From the NCBI GenBank assembly GCA_041489155.1, contig JBGPQP010000001.1, positions 25,431-89,430 of the forward strand: 64,000 nt of DNA. The letters are read 5' to 3'. Shown piece after piece: positions 35,698 through 45,033 of the stretch. Position numbers and translations under genes: made by a program. Position 1 is the stretch's first letter; every line of letters starts with the position of its first letter. Below the pieces are notes generated by a model that saw only the letters and a program-made list of their open reading frames with translations, had not been told where the DNA came from and searched no databases. Source of the DNA: Candidatus Aenigmatarchaeota archaeon (GTDB taxonomy: Archaea; Aenigmatarchaeota; Aenigmatarchaeia; QMZP01; QMZT01).

Positions 35698-37383
35698 ATG
35701 GGTTTCAGGGGGAAGTTGAGGGAAAAAATAGTCAACATAAGAAAATTCAGCAAAATAGAGTATCCGCATTTGGAAATAAGGGAGCCAAAAAATTTCATCA
35801 TATTCCCTTCTTTCAAGAAGCCTTCTGAGATAGACATAAAATATCCTCTCCTCGAGCCATTTGTTTATGCACACATAAGATGGGAGCCACGCAAAAGGGG
35901 CCTTGTTTACGAGGTGGTAGAACCCTGTCTTTCCAATAACGAAAAAGAGATTCTGGAAACAATAAAGAAGGATCTACTCGAGATAATAGACGTGGAGCTT
36001 TCCGCAGTAAAGGAAGGCGGAAAGGTTCTGAAATATGTACAAGAAAAAATTGAGAAAATACTCGAAGAAGAGAACATGGTTTTGCCCAAGGAAACGTATG
36101 TCAAGATGATGTATTACATCTACAGGGATTTTGTCGGGTTCAACGAGATTGAAGGCCTTCTCCATGACCCTTACATTGAAGACATAGGCTGCCCTGGGCT
36201 GGATATACCTGTTTTTGTGGTGCACAGGAAGTTCGGTTCTGTAGAAACTAACATCGTTTTCACAGACAGCGGTTACTTTAACAATTTCGTTATCAAACTT
36301 GCGGAGCGCAGCGGCAGATATATTTCATATGCAAAACCCCTGCTGGACGGCTCCCTGCCAGATGGTTCAAGGGTGCAGGCAACACTCGCGAAGGATGTCA
36401 CTACCAAAGGACCGACGTTCTCGATAAGAAAATTCAGGGTCGAGCCGTTTTCGCCGATAGACGTGATAAACTTCAATACCGCCTCATCTGAAATAATGGC
36501 ATACCTGTGGCTGATGGTGGAATCGAGGACTTCTACGCTGATATGCGGTGGCGTTTCGACTGGAAAGACTACATTTCTGAACGTAATGGGCATGTTCATA
36601 CCTCCGGAGGACAAGATTGTCTCGATAGAAGACACCCGCGAACTGAACCTACAGCATGAAAACTGGATACCAAGCGTTTCCAGGGTGGGCTTCGGCGTGC
36701 CTGAAATAGGCGGCAAAAGATACGGCGAAGTAACGCTTTTCGAGTTGCTCAAGGAATCCTTCAGGCAGAATCCGGATTATGTTATCGTGGGCGAGGTGAG
36801 GGGAAAGGAAGCTTACGTGATGTTCCAGGGGATGGCAAGCGGGCACCCATCGATGGGGACCATACACGCGGGATCTGTCGAAGACGTCATAAAGCGCCTG
36901 GAAATGCCGCCAATCGAGCTTTCTCCTAGCCTCATAGAGACATTGGACATCGTGGTGGTCATGACACATGCAAAGGAAAGGGGCAAGTCCGCGAGAAGGG
37001 TAAAGGAAATCGATGAAATAGAATCCATAGACCCTAAAACAGGGACTGCCCATAACATAAAGATTTTTTCCTGGAACCCGTCCTCAGATACCTACTCCAC
37101 AAATCTTGACGAATCCTATCTGACGAAAAAGATGGCCTTCGAGAAGGGCATAACCTATGAGGAAATGATGAAGGAAATGAGGAAACGCGAGAAAATACTT
37201 GAATGGATGAGAAAATTCGGGGTGACGAATTTCGACGATGTGGCAAAAATGATCAATCTCTATTGCAAGGAGCCTTCCATAGTGATGGAATGGGTTGAAA
37301 AAGGAGTCCCGCCCTACAAGACAAAGGCCAAGGAAGCGAGTAAAATACTACAATCCTTCAGCGGCCTGAGGGTAATCGAGTGA
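35698..37383 (+). CDS. type II/IV secretion-system ATPase (FlaI/TadA/PilB-like) paralog 2
   Basis: Walker A CGGVSTGKTTFLN, Asp box IVSIEDTRELNL, Walker B YVIVGEVRGKEA, His box ASGHPSMGTIHAG. Core identity to paralog 1 is roughly 40% by eye. Confidence 0.9.
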   Translation: MGFRGKLREKIVNIRKFSKIEYPHLEIREPKNFIIFPSFKKPSEIDIKYPLLEPFVYAHIRWEPRKRGLVYEVVEPCLSNNEKEILETIKKDLLEIIDVELSAVKEGGKVLKYVQEKIEKILEEENMVLPKETYVKMMYYIYRDFVGFNEIEGLLHDPYIEDIGCPGLDIPVFVVHRKFGSVETNIVFTDSGYFNNFVIKLAERSGRYISYAKPLLDGSLPDGSRVQATLAKDVTTKGPTFSIRKFRVEPFSPIDVINFNTASSEIMAYLWLMVESRTSTLICGGVSTGKTTFLNVMGMFIPPEDKIVSIEDTRELNLQHENWIPSVSRVGFGVPEIGGKRYGEVTLFELLKESFRQNPDYVIVGEVRGKEAYVMFQGMASGHPSMGTIHAGSVEDVIKRLEMPPIELSPSLIETLDIVVVMTHAKERGKSARRVKEIDEIESIDPKTGTAHNIKIFSWNPSSDTYSTNLDESYLTKKMAFEKGITYEEMMKEMRKREKILEWMRKFGVTNFDDVAKMINLYCKEPSIVMEWVEKGVPPYKTKAKEASKILQSFSGLRVIE

Positions 37384-37438
37384 AGTTTAAACATAGACTT
37401 TTATAACTATTCCTCAATCTTTATTCAGGGGTTTTAAT

Positions 37439-38470
37439 ATGTTTTCCGTGAAAGAGATGGTGAAGGAGATTTCAAAGGCATCAGGCCTTAGTGAAGATGA
37501 CGTGAAACATAAAATAGAGGACAAACAGCTTGAGCTTTCGGGGCTTGTTTCACCGGAGGGGGCGGCCTACATCGTAGGCAAGGAGCTGGGAGCGAATCTC
37601 CTGGGAGAAACGGTTAACAGAAGGCTCAAAATCAAAAATGTCACCCCTGGCCTGAGATCCGCGGACATAACCGGAAGAATCATAAGAATTTCGAACAGGA
37701 GAGATTTCGAAAAAGACGGGAAGACAAAGGGTGTCGTGAATCTCGACATAGGTGACGAGACAGGGACGATAAAGTTCTCTTTGTGGGACAATGAAATAGA
37801 ATTGCTTAGCAGGCTTGGTGTGGGAGAAGGCGATGCCATCGACATAAGGAACGGGTATGTGAAAGAAACGAACACTGGCAATGTTGAAATACGCCTTGGA
37901 AGAAAGGGCAGATTTAGCAAATCAGAACTTAAAATAGCTGAATTGGACGAGATTAAAAAGAGTTTCGAAGCCGTGAAGGCGAAGAAAATAAGCGAACTGA
38001 GGGAAGCCGAATACGATGAAATCAGGGCCTCACTGGTTCAGATTTTCAGGCGCCATCCGTTCTTCGAGGTATGCCCCAAATGCGAATCACGCATCGAGAA
38101 TGTTGATGGGGTCTGGAAATGCAAGGAGCACGATAGTGTTGAACCAAAATACAATCTGGTGCTCTCGGGCGTGCTTGACGATGGTTCGGGTAACATACGC
38201 GTTGTTTTCTTCCGCGAACTTGCCGAAAAGGTTTTCGGCATGGATGCGAATACGCTTCAAAAAATGGCAAAAGGTAAAGGCGGCGATGAGGAAATATACG
38301 AAAAACTTCAATTGGGGAAGGAGCTCGTAATAAGAGGCAGGGTTAAGAAAAACCAGGTTACAGAGAAGCTGGAACTTGTTGCCAGCGACGTGGAAGAAGT
38401 AGATCCGAAAAGAGAATCTGAAAAACTTGTCAAGGAAATAGAGGGATTAAAGATTAAAAATCTAAGATGA
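37439..38470 (+). CDS. replication protein A-like ssDNA-binding protein (OB folds plus zinc ribbon)
   Basis: OB-fold blocks (…ITGRIIRISNRRDFEKDGKTKGVVNLDIGDETGTIKFSLWDNE…) and the ribbon CPKCESRIENVDGVWKCKEHD. Positioned immediately upstream of radA. Confidence 0.75.
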   Translation: MFSVKEMVKEISKASGLSEDDVKHKIEDKQLELSGLVSPEGAAYIVGKELGANLLGETVNRRLKIKNVTPGLRSADITGRIIRISNRRDFEKDGKTKGVVNLDIGDETGTIKFSLWDNEIELLSRLGVGEGDAIDIRNGYVKETNTGNVEIRLGRKGRFSKSELKIAELDEIKKSFEAVKAKKISELREAEYDEIRASLVQIFRRHPFFEVCPKCESRIENVDGVWKCKEHDSVEPKYNLVLSGVLDDGSGNIRVVFFRELAEKVFGMDANTLQKMAKGKGGDEEIYEKLQLGKELVIRGRVKKNQVTEKLELVASDVEEVDPKRESEKLVKEIEGLKIKNLR

Positions 38471-38499
38471 AATATAAATTCCCTGAGTGAGGTGTTGGT

Positions 38500-39444
38500 A
38501 TGACAAAGGATGATATTGAGAGTCTGCCAGGTGTGGGCGAAAAAACTCTTGAAAAATTCATAGAAGCTGGTTATGATAACCTGATGGGCATAGCCGCTGC
38601 TTCTGCGGGCGAGCTTGTGGCCGCGACCGGAATAGGCGTGGACACTGCAAATAAGATAATAACTGCCGCGCGGCAAAGGATGAAAATGGGGTTTGAGACA
38701 GCGAAGGACGTTATGAAGAAGCGAGAGAAGGTAGGGAGGATAACCACGTGTTCGAAGTCTCTTGACACGCTTCTTGGTGGCGGCATCGAAACCCAGGCCA
38801 TAACAGAAATGTACGGTGCTTTTGGTTCCGGTAAATCGCAACTTGCGCACCAGCTTTCCGTTTCGGTCCAGCTTCCGAAGGAAAAGGGTGGTTTGGGGGG
38901 AAAGGCGATATTCATAGACACGGAGCAAACCTTCAGGCCGGAAAGGGTGAAGCAGATGGCAGATGGGCTTGGTTTGGATCCGGAGAAAACCATGGAAAAC
39001 ATATTCGTCGCCAGAGCTTACAACTCTGACCACCAGGTCATTCTTTTGGACAGCGCAGAAGATATAATAAAGAAGGAGGGCAGCATAAAACTGATAGTAA
39101 TCGACTCCCTTACATCATCCTTCAGATCAGAATACGCTGGGAGAGGAACGCTCGCGGACCGCCAGCAAAAGCTTAACAGGCACCTCCACCAGCTTCAAAA
39201 ACTTGCAGACGTTTACAATCTGGCAGTTTACGTTACAAACCAAGTGATGTCTAGGCCGGACGTGCTTTTTGGAGACCCGACTGCTCCAATTGGAGGCCAC
39301 ATCGTGGGTCATCAGGCAACGTATAGGGTATACCTGCGAAAGTCGAAAGAAGACAAGAGGATAGCGAAATTGATAGATTCCCCGAACCTCCCGGAAGGTG
39401 AGACCGTGTTCAGAGTGTTGCTCGAAGGAGTGAGAGATATTTAA
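38500..39444 (+). CDS. radA: DNA repair and recombination protein RadA
   Basis: N-terminal HhH ([20 protein letters not shown]…), Walker [20 protein letters not shown], Walker [13 protein letters not shown]; 314 aa. Confidence 0.9.
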   Translation: MTKDDIESLPGVGEKTLEKFIEAGYDNLMGIAAASAGELVAATGIGVDTANKIITAARQRMKMGFETAKDVMKKREKVGRITTCSKSLDTLLGGGIETQAITEMYGAFGSGKSQLAHQLSVSVQLPKEKGGLGGKAIFIDTEQTFRPERVKQMADGLGLDPEKTMENIFVARAYNSDHQVILLDSAEDIIKKEGSIKLIVIDSLTSSFRSEYAGRGTLADRQQKLNRHLHQLQKLADVYNLAVYVTNQVMSRPDVLFGDPTAPIGGHIVGHQATYRVYLRKSKEDKRIAKLIDSPNLPEGETVFRVLLEGVRDI

Positions 39445-39743
39445 AAAGTGAGACTTCGCAGCTTAAGGAACCTCAGAGCCTGCTCTTTTGTCATTTTCGG
39501 ATTCTTCAGCCTCACGAATTTTATCTTGAGACCGACCTCATCGAAACCTTCAGGGATTGAAATTTCGACATACGGAGCCATATAAATGTCCAATGTTCTT
39601 GAAACGGTCCATTTGTGAAGCCCTGTAAGCCTCGAGATTTTTGAAATTGTTAAAATCTCTCCCCCGGCTTCGGCCTCTTTTAGAAGATTGAAGACCTGCA
39701 TAACGTTTTTTAAAGTTTTCTTATAGTAATCCTTCTTTGCCAT
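39441..39743 (-). CDS. small winged-helix DNA-binding protein (100 aa)
   Basis: Predicted HTH in [28 protein letters not shown]. Convergent with radA with a 4 nt overlap. Confidence 0.4.
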   Translation of the reverse strand: MAKKDYYKKTLKNVMQVFNLLKEAEAGGEILTISKISRLTGLHKWTVSRTLDIYMAPYVEISIPEGFDEVGLKIKFVRLKNPKMTKEQALRFLKLRSLTF

Positions 39744-39810
39744 GATATATATTTGACGGGGTCAAAATTTATATCTATTTTCTTCTAGAAAAGGAGGAAA
39801 ATATAAAGAT

Positions 39811-40074
39811 TTACATTATGTCCTTTTCGGATACTATGACGAAGTCCCCCACGGATTTGACCGCAGAGAATGGTACCAGCGTGCGTCCTTTGTCATCTTC
39901 CTGCAGGTTGAGTTCACCAGCATGCTTCGTTGGTTGAACTAGGACCAGATTGATGAGTTCTCCAGATTCAACAATGTAATCAAGATCGCCTACCACTCCG
40001 AATTTCTTTCCGCTTTCCTCCGAAATGAGTATCTTACCTATAAGGTCCCTGCTTCTTACTCTTTCTTCTGACAT
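39811..40074 (-). CDS. PRC-barrel domain protein
   Basis: 87 aa with the characteristic …LIGKILISEESGKKFGVVGDLDYIVESGELINLVLV… beta-barrel pattern. Confidence 0.65.
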   Translation of the reverse strand: MSEERVRSRDLIGKILISEESGKKFGVVGDLDYIVESGELINLVLVQPTKHAGELNLQEDDKGRTLVPFSAVKSVGDFVIVSEKDIM

Positions 40075-40123
40075 AAAAACCCTCCCTCGATAATGATATT
40101 ATTAAAGTGTGATATTTAAAAAT

Positions 40124-41215
40124 TTATGCATGAACCATAAGGGTTCTTATCTTTTCAGATAATACATACTGGTAGCTTTTGCCTCTTTTCTTTCTTATGA
40201 TAGTTGCGTCTTTCACAAGCCTTTTAAGAATGTTGTTTATGGACCGTATCGCATTATCCTTGCTCTTGTAGTCGCCCATGTCCATTTTCTCAACGATTTC
40301 CGTCGGTGTCAGCTCTCCGTATTTCCATAATATTTCGATTATATTCCTTTGTTTTGACGGCAGAGATTTCAGGGAACCGAATGAGGTTCTTCGAGAATGG
40401 CTAATGTGTGTTTCGAATTCTGCATCTCTCATGAAGTTCATGTCAACAGTAGAGATGTTGTCCACAAGTGCCTTGTTCACCAAATCGTTGCACATCCTTA
40501 TAACTTCACGCGGGAAGCCTCCTGTTTTTTCGTATATCATTTCTACTGTTTCCGAAGTGAACGGCTTTATGTCTTCGCCACCAACGTGTTCTATCCTTCT
40601 TTTTATAAGCTCCCTGATTTCTGATTTTGTAAGATTTATGAGTTCAACCTTTGTGTTGGCCCTTCTCATGAATGTTTCAAGTCTGTCTCTCAGAATAGGT
40701 TCTAGTGTAGGCAGACCTGCAATTACAACAGATAGATTGTCTATCTGGTCGGTAAGAGTTCTAAGCCACTCTAGCGTTTCCGTGCTTGCCTCATGGCCTT
40801 CATCCACGAGAAGAACGGCTTTTTTATTCTTCATTTTTTCGTTCACCCATTCACTGAGATTGTAAATGTTTATGTTTTTGCTGCGTGAAAATAATCTTTC
40901 GAGTGTTCCTACGTGTATGAAGTTGGTGAAAATCTTCACCCAGTCGTCTGGATTGCTCGGTGGTTTCGAAAGGTAAAATATTTTTCTGTGTTTTTCGAAC
41001 CTATTCGTCAAAAACTTCAAGAGCGTTGTTTTTCCTGATCCCGTTGGGCCTATTAATATTGACAATTTGTCATTGTTTTGTATACTGGTTGACAATTTTT
41101 CTGTCTCTCTGCTATATCCTACGATTAAATCCGGAAGTATCTTGAAACTGAAGGGGTTTTCTCTCCAGCTAAATACCTTCATATATTTTTCATCTAACTT
41201 CATTTCCAAATTCAT
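40124..41215 (-). CDS. Orc1/Cdc6-like AAA+ ATPase with C-terminal winged helix
   Basis: The N-terminus …ENPFSFKILPDLIVGYSRETEKLSTSIQ…LSILIGPTGSGKTTLLKFL follows the Orc1/Cdc6 pattern (Lxxd-Y-P..L..RExE…GxxGTGKT). Walker B LLVDEGHE; sensor regions; a C-terminal wH (…KQRNIIEILWKYGELTPTEIVEKMD…). It is shorter (363 aa) than canonical Orc1. Confidence 0.5.
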   Translation of the reverse strand: MNLEMKLDEKYMKVFSWRENPFSFKILPDLIVGYSRETEKLSTSIQNNDKLSILIGPTGSGKTTLLKFLTNRFEKHRKIFYLSKPPSNPDDWVKIFTNFIHVGTLERLFSRSKNINIYNLSEWVNEKMKNKKAVLLVDEGHEASTETLEWLRTLTDQIDNLSVVIAGLPTLEPILRDRLETFMRRANTKVELINLTKSEIRELIKRRIEHVGGEDIKPFTSETVEMIYEKTGGFPREVIRMCNDLVNKALVDNISTVDMNFMRDAEFETHISHSRRTSFGSLKSLPSKQRNIIEILWKYGELTPTEIVEKMDMGDYKSKDNAIRSINNILKRLVKDATIIRKKRGKSYQYVLSEKIRTLMVHA

Positions 41216-41337
41216 AATTTCATATAATTAGGAAAGCTATTTAAATGCTTTTCGTGAAGTTGTGTGAACTTTGACTGAAAAAGGTCTATGTTTATACGTG
41301 ATGAAAACAATTTATATAAGTTCTCCAAATTCATTTC

Positions 41338-41892
41338 ATGAGGTGCTTCATAGCTATAGACGTCGATGAAAAACTTTTTGATAAGATTACAGAACTGCAG
41401 AAAGGAATTAATAAACTGAATGTTGACGTGAAGCTTGTTGAACCTGAAAATCTTCATTTCACGGTTAAATTTCTGGGGGACATGAATGAAGATGAAGTGA
41501 ATGAAATTAAGAATTCGCTTGGCGAATGTCTTAAAAATGAACATGAATTTAAAATCAACATTACAGGCTTTAATTATTTTGGAAACCCGAGCTACATTAG
41601 AACTCTGTGGTTGGATGTGAAAGAAGGCCAAAATGAGCTTAAAAAACTGGTTCAAATGGTTAACGATTGTGTTAAAATAGGCAAACTTGAAGTTTTGCCT
41701 CATCTGACACTTGGAAGAGTGAAAAGTCCCATAAATAAAGATTATTTGATCAAGTTCATAAACGAGAATAAAAACGTGAAGATTGGTGAAATGAACGTGA
41801 ACTACGTGAAATTAAAAGCGAGTACGCTTACGAAAAACGGTCCAGTATACAATAATTTGGCTGTTTTCAACTTGGTGCCTTGTTATGAATGA
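41338..41892 (+). CDS. thpR: RNA 2',3'-cyclic phosphodiesterase / 2'-5' RNA ligase (ThpR/LigT, 2H family)
   Basis: Two H-x-T/S-x motifs of the 2H phosphoesterase fold: LHFTVKFLG and PHLTLGRV. 184 aa. Confidence 0.8.
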   Translation: MRCFIAIDVDEKLFDKITELQKGINKLNVDVKLVEPENLHFTVKFLGDMNEDEVNEIKNSLGECLKNEHEFKINITGFNYFGNPSYIRTLWLDVKEGQNELKKLVQMVNDCVKIGKLEVLPHLTLGRVKSPINKDYLIKFINENKNVKIGEMNVNYVKLKASTLTKNGPVYNNLAVFNLVPCYE

Positions 41893-42268
41893 GAAAAAAC
41901 TAACGAAGATAAGTGCTGTTGGTGTGTGCATAAGCATAATAGCTCTGTATATTGTAACAAATCAAATCTTTTCAGTAAATGTGAATATTGGTGAAATTGA
42001 CAAGTCATTCATCGGAAAGAGCGTTAATATAACAGGTACGGTGGTTGGCATAACAAAAAACAAGGGTAATTTTTTCGTGGACCTTGAAGATGACACGGGC
42101 AAAATAAAATTGATATTGTGGGAGGATACTGCTGAATTGTTGCAATCAAACGGCATTGAAATCAACGAACTGAACAAAGGTAACATTATTAACGTTGTGG
42201 GTGAGGTTCAGGTATACAGGGGCGAATTAGAAATTATACCTATAAGAGGAAATTTGAATTTTTTGTGA
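41885..42268 (+). CDS. membrane-anchored OB-fold nucleic-acid-binding domain protein
   Basis: N-terminal TM helix (ISAVGVCISIIALYIVT), then an OB-fold-like block (KSVNITGTVVGITKNKGNFFVDLEDDTGKIKLILWED…INVVGEVQVYRGELEI), similar to the tRNA_anti/RPA-type OB folds. Translationally coupled to thpR. Confidence 0.5.
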   Translation: MNEKKLTKISAVGVCISIIALYIVTNQIFSVNVNIGEIDKSFIGKSVNITGTVVGITKNKGNFFVDLEDDTGKIKLILWEDTAELLQSNGIEINELNKGNIINVVGEVQVYRGELEIIPIRGNLNFL

Positions 42269-42269
42269 A

Positions 42270-43307
42270 CTAGAAACGTTCATGCGCAGTTTTGATAAGT
42301 TCTGTCACGAGTTTAATTATATCCTTCACATCATTCATATCCGAAACTTCTGTTGGTGTGTGAAGATAACGTGAAGGTGCCAATATCGCTAGTGAGGGTA
42401 TACCTTCTCTTATCATCGGTGTCATTGAAGCGTCAGTTGCACCTCCTGAAACAATGTCGAATTGTATCTTCATGTTGTTCTTTTTTGCAGTATCAACTAC
42501 CCATTGTTTAACCTCATTTTGTATAATACTTATTGCATCTTTTATCATAAGAACCGGTCCTTCTCCAAGTTTTGCAGTGGCCTCATATGGTTTGATTTCA
42601 GGTGTATCGCCGGCTGTTGTTACATCAAGGGATATCACTATGTCAGGGTTTGTTGCAAATACAGAGCCCCTTATGCCTATAAGCCCTATTTCTTCTTTCA
42701 CTGTTCCAACTGCATAAACTGTCCCTTTGAATTTAGTTTTCTTTAAATTTTTCATGACTTCTATTAATTCCAAGCATCCTATGCGATCATCGAATCCATA
42801 TCCCGTTATTCTAGAACCACAAAGTTTGTCGAACTCGCCATAATTTGTTATGAAATCTCCTGTCCTGATACCCATTTTTTCAACTTCTTTTTTGTTCTTT
42901 GCCCCCACATCTATGAACATTTCTGCTAACTTCACGGGCTTGTTCACGTCTTCTTTGTCTTGGAGGTGAATTGGTTTTGAACCAATAACTCCTATGACGG
43001 GTCCCTTGGAGCTATGTATCTTGAATTTTTGCGAAAGAAGGATTTTGGGATCCCATCCTCCTATGGTTTCAAATCTTATGAAACCCTCATCGTCTATATA
43101 TTTCACCATTAAACCTACTTCATCCATGTGGGCACTGAGCATTATTTTAGGAGAACCAGATCCTTTTCTGCATATCAAGTTACCTATTTTGTCAACTTTA
43201 AGTTCTTCAACATATGGTTTCAGTTCTTTAATCAGCACATCTCTTACGTTTTTTTCATCGCCGGAAATTGAAGGAGAATCTACAAGTTTTTTCAATGTTT
43301 CTTCCAT
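42270..43307 (-). CDS. M42-family metallo-aminopeptidase (FrvX/TET-like)
   Basis: Metal-binding blocks SAHMDEVGLMV, GFDDRIGC and later E/D/H ligands; 345 aa typical of M42 peptidases. Confidence 0.85.
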   Translation of the reverse strand: MEETLKKLVDSPSISGDEKNVRDVLIKELKPYVEELKVDKIGNLICRKGSGSPKIMLSAHMDEVGLMVKYIDDEGFIRFETIGGWDPKILLSQKFKIHSSKGPVIGVIGSKPIHLQDKEDVNKPVKLAEMFIDVGAKNKKEVEKMGIRTGDFITNYGEFDKLCGSRITGYGFDDRIGCLELIEVMKNLKKTKFKGTVYAVGTVKEEIGLIGIRGSVFATNPDIVISLDVTTAGDTPEIKPYEATAKLGEGPVLMIKDAISIIQNEVKQWVVDTAKKNNMKIQFDIVSGGATDASMTPMIREGIPSLAILAPSRYLHTPTEVSDMNDVKDIIKLVTELIKTAHERF

Positions 43308-43367
43308 ACGGACACCACCTACCTACTATCGACTAGATATAAAATATTGGTTTTCCGGTCTATAAAT

Positions 43368-44660
43368 TCATTCTATATCTTCTTTTGACAGGATGTTAAC
43401 TGGAGATTTTAAGTTTTCCTTTTCCATTCCAACCAAGAACTTCACGGATTTCCTTCTGGCTATCATGTCAAGTTTGTAGTCAACCCTGCCGTCGAATATG
43501 ACTGCGTACGGGTTGTCAAGCGTTTTCAGCGTATTCTGTAATTCTTTGGTTGGAACCTTACCCAGAATGTTGAAAAAAGAATCGAAAATGCATGCGGCTC
43601 TGGTTCCTATAAGTTCGTCAAGTGTTTTCTTGAATATCTTTTTCTGTTCATCGGTTATCGTTGTTCTCTTGGGAAGAGGTTGCTGCTGTTTAAAATCCTT
43701 ATCTCTCTGGACGAATTCGTTCATTGGTCTTTCTGTCGATGGCGGCCTCTCAAAGGGTTTCTCAATTGGTCTTTCAATGGGCCTTTCTATGGGTCTTTCT
43801 CTTCTTTCATTGTTGTTCTGCCTATCGATCTTGCCTTCGAGTTTAAATTGTGATGCCGATATCTTGTCCCTCAATGCCTTGAAAACCTCTTTTTTGGTGA
43901 GCTCTTCTACCTCTTTGCCTTCTGGAGCAATGGCAACAAAATCAAGGTCTGTCGTTTCCATCAGGCTTTTCAAGTTCAAAAAGCCGCCCCTGTCACCATC
44001 AAAAAATGCAGTGGTTGTTTTTTGTTTTGAAAGGTTGATTATTGTTTGTGGTATCGAGCTGCCTTCTATGGCTATTACGTTCTTGATTCCGTATCTAATC
44101 ATATTTATTACGTCTGCCCTTCCTTCAACTATTATTATTTCTTCCGACTCTAGAACACCTGGGCCGCAAGGCAAACCCTGATAGCTGGTTATTTCATAGG
44201 TCTTTATCTCCTGTCTTATCTCTTCCGCTATCTTGGTTGTGTCCGGTATGCCTTTCTCAAGAAGTTCTCTCAATATCGATTTTGCCTTTTCTATGACGAA
44301 TTTTCTCTTTAATTCCCTAGTGTCCTCGACTGATTTCAGTATTATCTTTGCGATGCAGGGTCCGACCCTCTCTATAGTTTCCAAAGTAGCGGCTATTAGA
44401 GCAGTTTCTGCTGAGTCGAGAGAAGACGGAATTATGACCTCTCCGTGAGATTTACCTCTTTCGGAATTTATGTTAACCTCGATTCTTCCAATTCTTCCAG
44501 TTCTTTGCAGTTCCCTGAGATCGAGATCAGAACCAAGCAGCCCTTCTGTTTGTCCGAATATTGCTCCTATAACATCAGGTTTTTCTATTACTCCCTGAGC
44601 GTCTATTTCTGCCCTTACAACGTATTTTATCGACGTTGGCGCGAGTTTTGACATGAACAT
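43368..44660 (-). CDS. dnaG: archaeal DnaG-type primase (Toprim)
   Basis: Archaeal DnaG N-terminal signature VIGAIFGQTEGLLGSDLDLRELQRTGRIGRIEV. Toprim core IIIVEGRADVINMIRYGIKNVIAIEGS with DxD (FDGDRGG). An internal tandem peptide repeat ERPIERPIERPIEKPFERPP is present. Confidence 0.85.
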   Translation of the reverse strand: MFMSKLAPTSIKYVVRAEIDAQGVIEKPDVIGAIFGQTEGLLGSDLDLRELQRTGRIGRIEVNINSERGKSHGEVIIPSSLDSAETALIAATLETIERVGPCIAKIILKSVEDTRELKRKFVIEKAKSILRELLEKGIPDTTKIAEEIRQEIKTYEITSYQGLPCGPGVLESEEIIIVEGRADVINMIRYGIKNVIAIEGSSIPQTIINLSKQKTTTAFFDGDRGGFLNLKSLMETTDLDFVAIAPEGKEVEELTKKEVFKALRDKISASQFKLEGKIDRQNNNERRERPIERPIERPIEKPFERPPSTERPMNEFVQRDKDFKQQQPLPKRTTITDEQKKIFKKTLDELIGTRAACIFDSFFNILGKVPTKELQNTLKTLDNPYAVIFDGRVDYKLDMIARRKSVKFLVGMEKENLKSPVNILSKEDIE

Positions 44661-45033
44661 CCTCCTCCAATGAAAGAGAATCCGGGCTATTCAGAGCTCC
44701 GAAATCCTCAATTTTATTTTTTCCCAAAGTCATTACCTTCCACCTTAATTCCGAATTTGGACTTTTTCCTTGCCTTTGAAGCAGGTATTTCAATTTTTTT
44801 GCAATCTCCCTGCCTTTTGTGTCGAAATCGGTCAGTATGACTACCTGTTTTTTCGCACTTAATGCGACCTCGGCCACCTCATAAAGCGGCCTGCCGTTGA
44901 TCGCAATAATATCTTTCAGGCCGAGGGTTTTTAAAGCTTTTTTGTCCATTTTCCCCTCGACTATGATCAGTTTGTCCTCCAAGCCCCTTATAACCTCATC
45001 GAGTTGCTCTTCATCGATTTGTTTGTTTTTCAT
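44575..45033 (-). CDS. small Toprim-domain protein
   Basis: LIIVEGKMDKKALKTLGL…VVILTDFDTKGREIAKKL is a Toprim (E…DxD) core. The 3' ~85 nt overlap the dnaG start; the Arg/Ser-rich tail may be out-of-frame read-on. Confidence 0.5.
   Translation of the reverse strand: MKNKQIDEEQLDEVIRGLEDKLIIVEGKMDKKALKTLGLKDIIAINGRPLYEVAEVALSAKKQVVILTDFDTKGREIAKKLKYLLQRQGKSPNSELRWKVMTLGKNKIEDFGALNSPDSLSLEEDVHVKTRANVDKIRCKGRNRRSGSNRKT

Noticed and set aside
9849-37383. Interpretation of the two FlaI-like ATPases plus class III signal proteins as an archaellum (motility) system
   Set aside because: No archaellin-type N-terminal domains and no FlaH, FlaG, FlaF, FlaC/D/E genes were seen. The class III proteins are short, divergent and pilin-like, so a Tad/Aap/Epd-type adhesive pilus system fits better. 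Cannot be excluded for loci outside this window.
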